NCBI GenBank assembly: GCA_958009085.1
Contig: OY253670.1
Location: 806,001 to 870,000 of the forward strand
Direction of reading: 5' to 3'
Source: Protoeuglena noctilucae
Lineage: Eukaryota
Length of the DNA: 64,000 nt
In this document: positions 62,601 through 64,000 of the stretch, piece by piece
Layout: each line of letters opens with the position of its first letter
Position numbering within the stretch: position 1 is the stretch's first letter
Translations under genes and position numbers: made by a program
The notes under the pieces: generated by a model
Databases searched by the model: none
Told to the model about the DNA's origin: nothing
What the model saw: the letters and a program-made list of their open reading frames with translations, nothing else

Positions 62601-63100
62601 GGGCGGGGAAGGCGACACGGGTTGCAGCGACAGTGGACCTGGGGCCAGGGTCGGGGATGAGTCGACGGACGTGGGGTCAGAGGGCCCGGAGCAGCGACCG
62701 GCATGCCACATGCAGCCGGGAGCGTCGTCTCAGCAAGTCGGGGAAGGGACAGACCGACGGCGGAGGACCTGGCGACGATTGCTTCGGGGGGTGGCGGCCG
62801 TGGCTGTGCCGGCGCTGTGCTCTCCTGCGGTGAGGGGCAGAAGTCACTGGCACGCTCGCTCAAATGGGTGGCGTGGTATGAGGGAGATCGCCCCGACTGC
62901 AAGTGATAACGCTCCTGCTCTGCCCGCAGAGCTTGCTGTGCGCCCTTACGGTCCTGTCGCCTGCTTCGTGCGGCCCAGCGGAGCTGATGCTGGGGTCCGC
63001 GGCTACCGGGGGCGCATTGGCGCCCGCGCTCCTGGGCGTCATGCTGCCAGGGTGGTCTTTGCTAGCTGCCTGCGCTTTCGTCGCTTCGGAGGTTGAATGA
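59605..63100 (+). CDS. GPAA1: GPI transamidase component GAA1/GPAA1
   Basis: YQDENAMM, VKVRASRG, NWQARDLVWIITD, LPNADL, AFRSLNNLE|ERLHHS..MYL, and multiple C-terminal TM helices including FLNWGLA. Confidence 0.85.
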
Positions 63101-63159
63101 CTGGCAGAGACTGGCAGGTCCTGCGCCAGCGAGTTCGTATGCCCCGCCGGCGCTCATTC

Positions 63160-64000
63160 TCAAGCCTCAATCTGAGCAGTATGTTGTGTACTCGTTGCTG
63201 CTGATCGGAAACTGTGCTCCAGCACATCCCGCAGCGTATCGATAAGGCAATACCGCGAGTCCCGCGGCATCACCTCTGTTTCACTTGGATGGGCTGACAT
63301 GAGAGCGCTCCGCAGGCTTGTTTCAGCTGCCGCCTCGGCACTAGAATCCGAACGGCTGGCCTCATCGTCCTCATCGGCTGTGTCGACATCGGGATCGGGC
63401 GCGGGCGCAGGTGACGTTCTGCGCGGACTCGTCCCCGCCCTCTCGACTCTCGGGGGCCTCTTCGCGCCATCCTGAACGCATCGCCCGACTCCTTGCTTCG
63501 TGATGATTGCGCAGCGATATGGTACGTGTCAAGGAGGCTCGCGTCGACGACGTTCTGGCCAGCGTCCAGGCATCGCGACCCTCTGCGAGGAGCTGCAGCG
63601 GCCTCTGCCGCAATGTGCGTGCACCCCTCGTCTGTGAGATTCAAGTCTGGTGTGCCGGAAGCGGACGCAAGAGGCCAAACGCCGACGAGCGCTTCCCATC
63701 CCACGCCCGTGGCTGGAGGCAGTCCCAGGTGCCGCCGCTACGCGATGGGAAGCCGGCTGTATCCCCGCGCCTTCATGTTTACCTCTTAGAGCTACGTTAG
63801 CGCCCACTTGCAGACCCGGTCCATTGTCGAAGCCCAAGGACGGCATGGCAGAAGCGTATGCGCGTCTGGCCAACATGGATTGGGTCGAGGGCTCCTCGAT
63901 GGGAGGGCTGCACAGGGACGTGCCCGGAGGCGCTTTGCAGAGCGACAAGGAACGGGGCGCGTTCATCGACACTTACCTCCAGGTGCGTGGGCCTGCGAGC
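63160..64000 (-). CDS. Probable 3' exons of an unidentified gene continuing beyond the window
   Basis: Splice-donor-like GAG|GTAAGT near 63977 and an acidic coding-like frame (DEDDEASRSDSSAE) converging on GPAA1. No motif. Confidence 0.25.

Overview
GC-rich (about 70%), gene-dense, intron-rich nuclear DNA from a green alga. The lineage is inferred from plastid-targeted Tic110, ELIPs, RNase J, PRPS5, IMPL1 and a FAX-like protein, and I cannot name the species. About 27 spliced protein-coding genes can be traced: DHFR-TS, NOT2, plastid uS5, Tic110, a HOS1/ELYS-like protein, two tandem ELIPs, PAM16, a twin-CX9C mS37-like protein, a HERP-like UBL membrane protein, SF3B3, mitochondrial GrpE, an EGLN-like 2OG-Fe(II) oxygenase, IMPL1, FAX/TMEM14, bL28m, a bacterial-type CoA-disulfide reductase-rhodanese fusion, RNase J, an alpha/beta hydrolase, GPAA1 and several unknowns. 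I see no rRNA, tRNA, CRISPR array or recognisable transposon. The most notable observations are: (1) an unusually high share of GC-AG introns, about 14, roughly a tenth of those traced; (2) nested-helix structures inside the over-long first introns of SF3B3 and Tic110; (3) a candidate bicistronic mitochondrial pair, mS37-like then PAM16, 68 bp apart; (4) an intron-containing CoADR-rhodanese gene with an in-frame TAA just after its catalytic motif; (5) a HOS1 homologue without an intact RING finger. Gene spans include introns and were assembled by eye, and protein identities rest on remembered family motifs rather than database searches.
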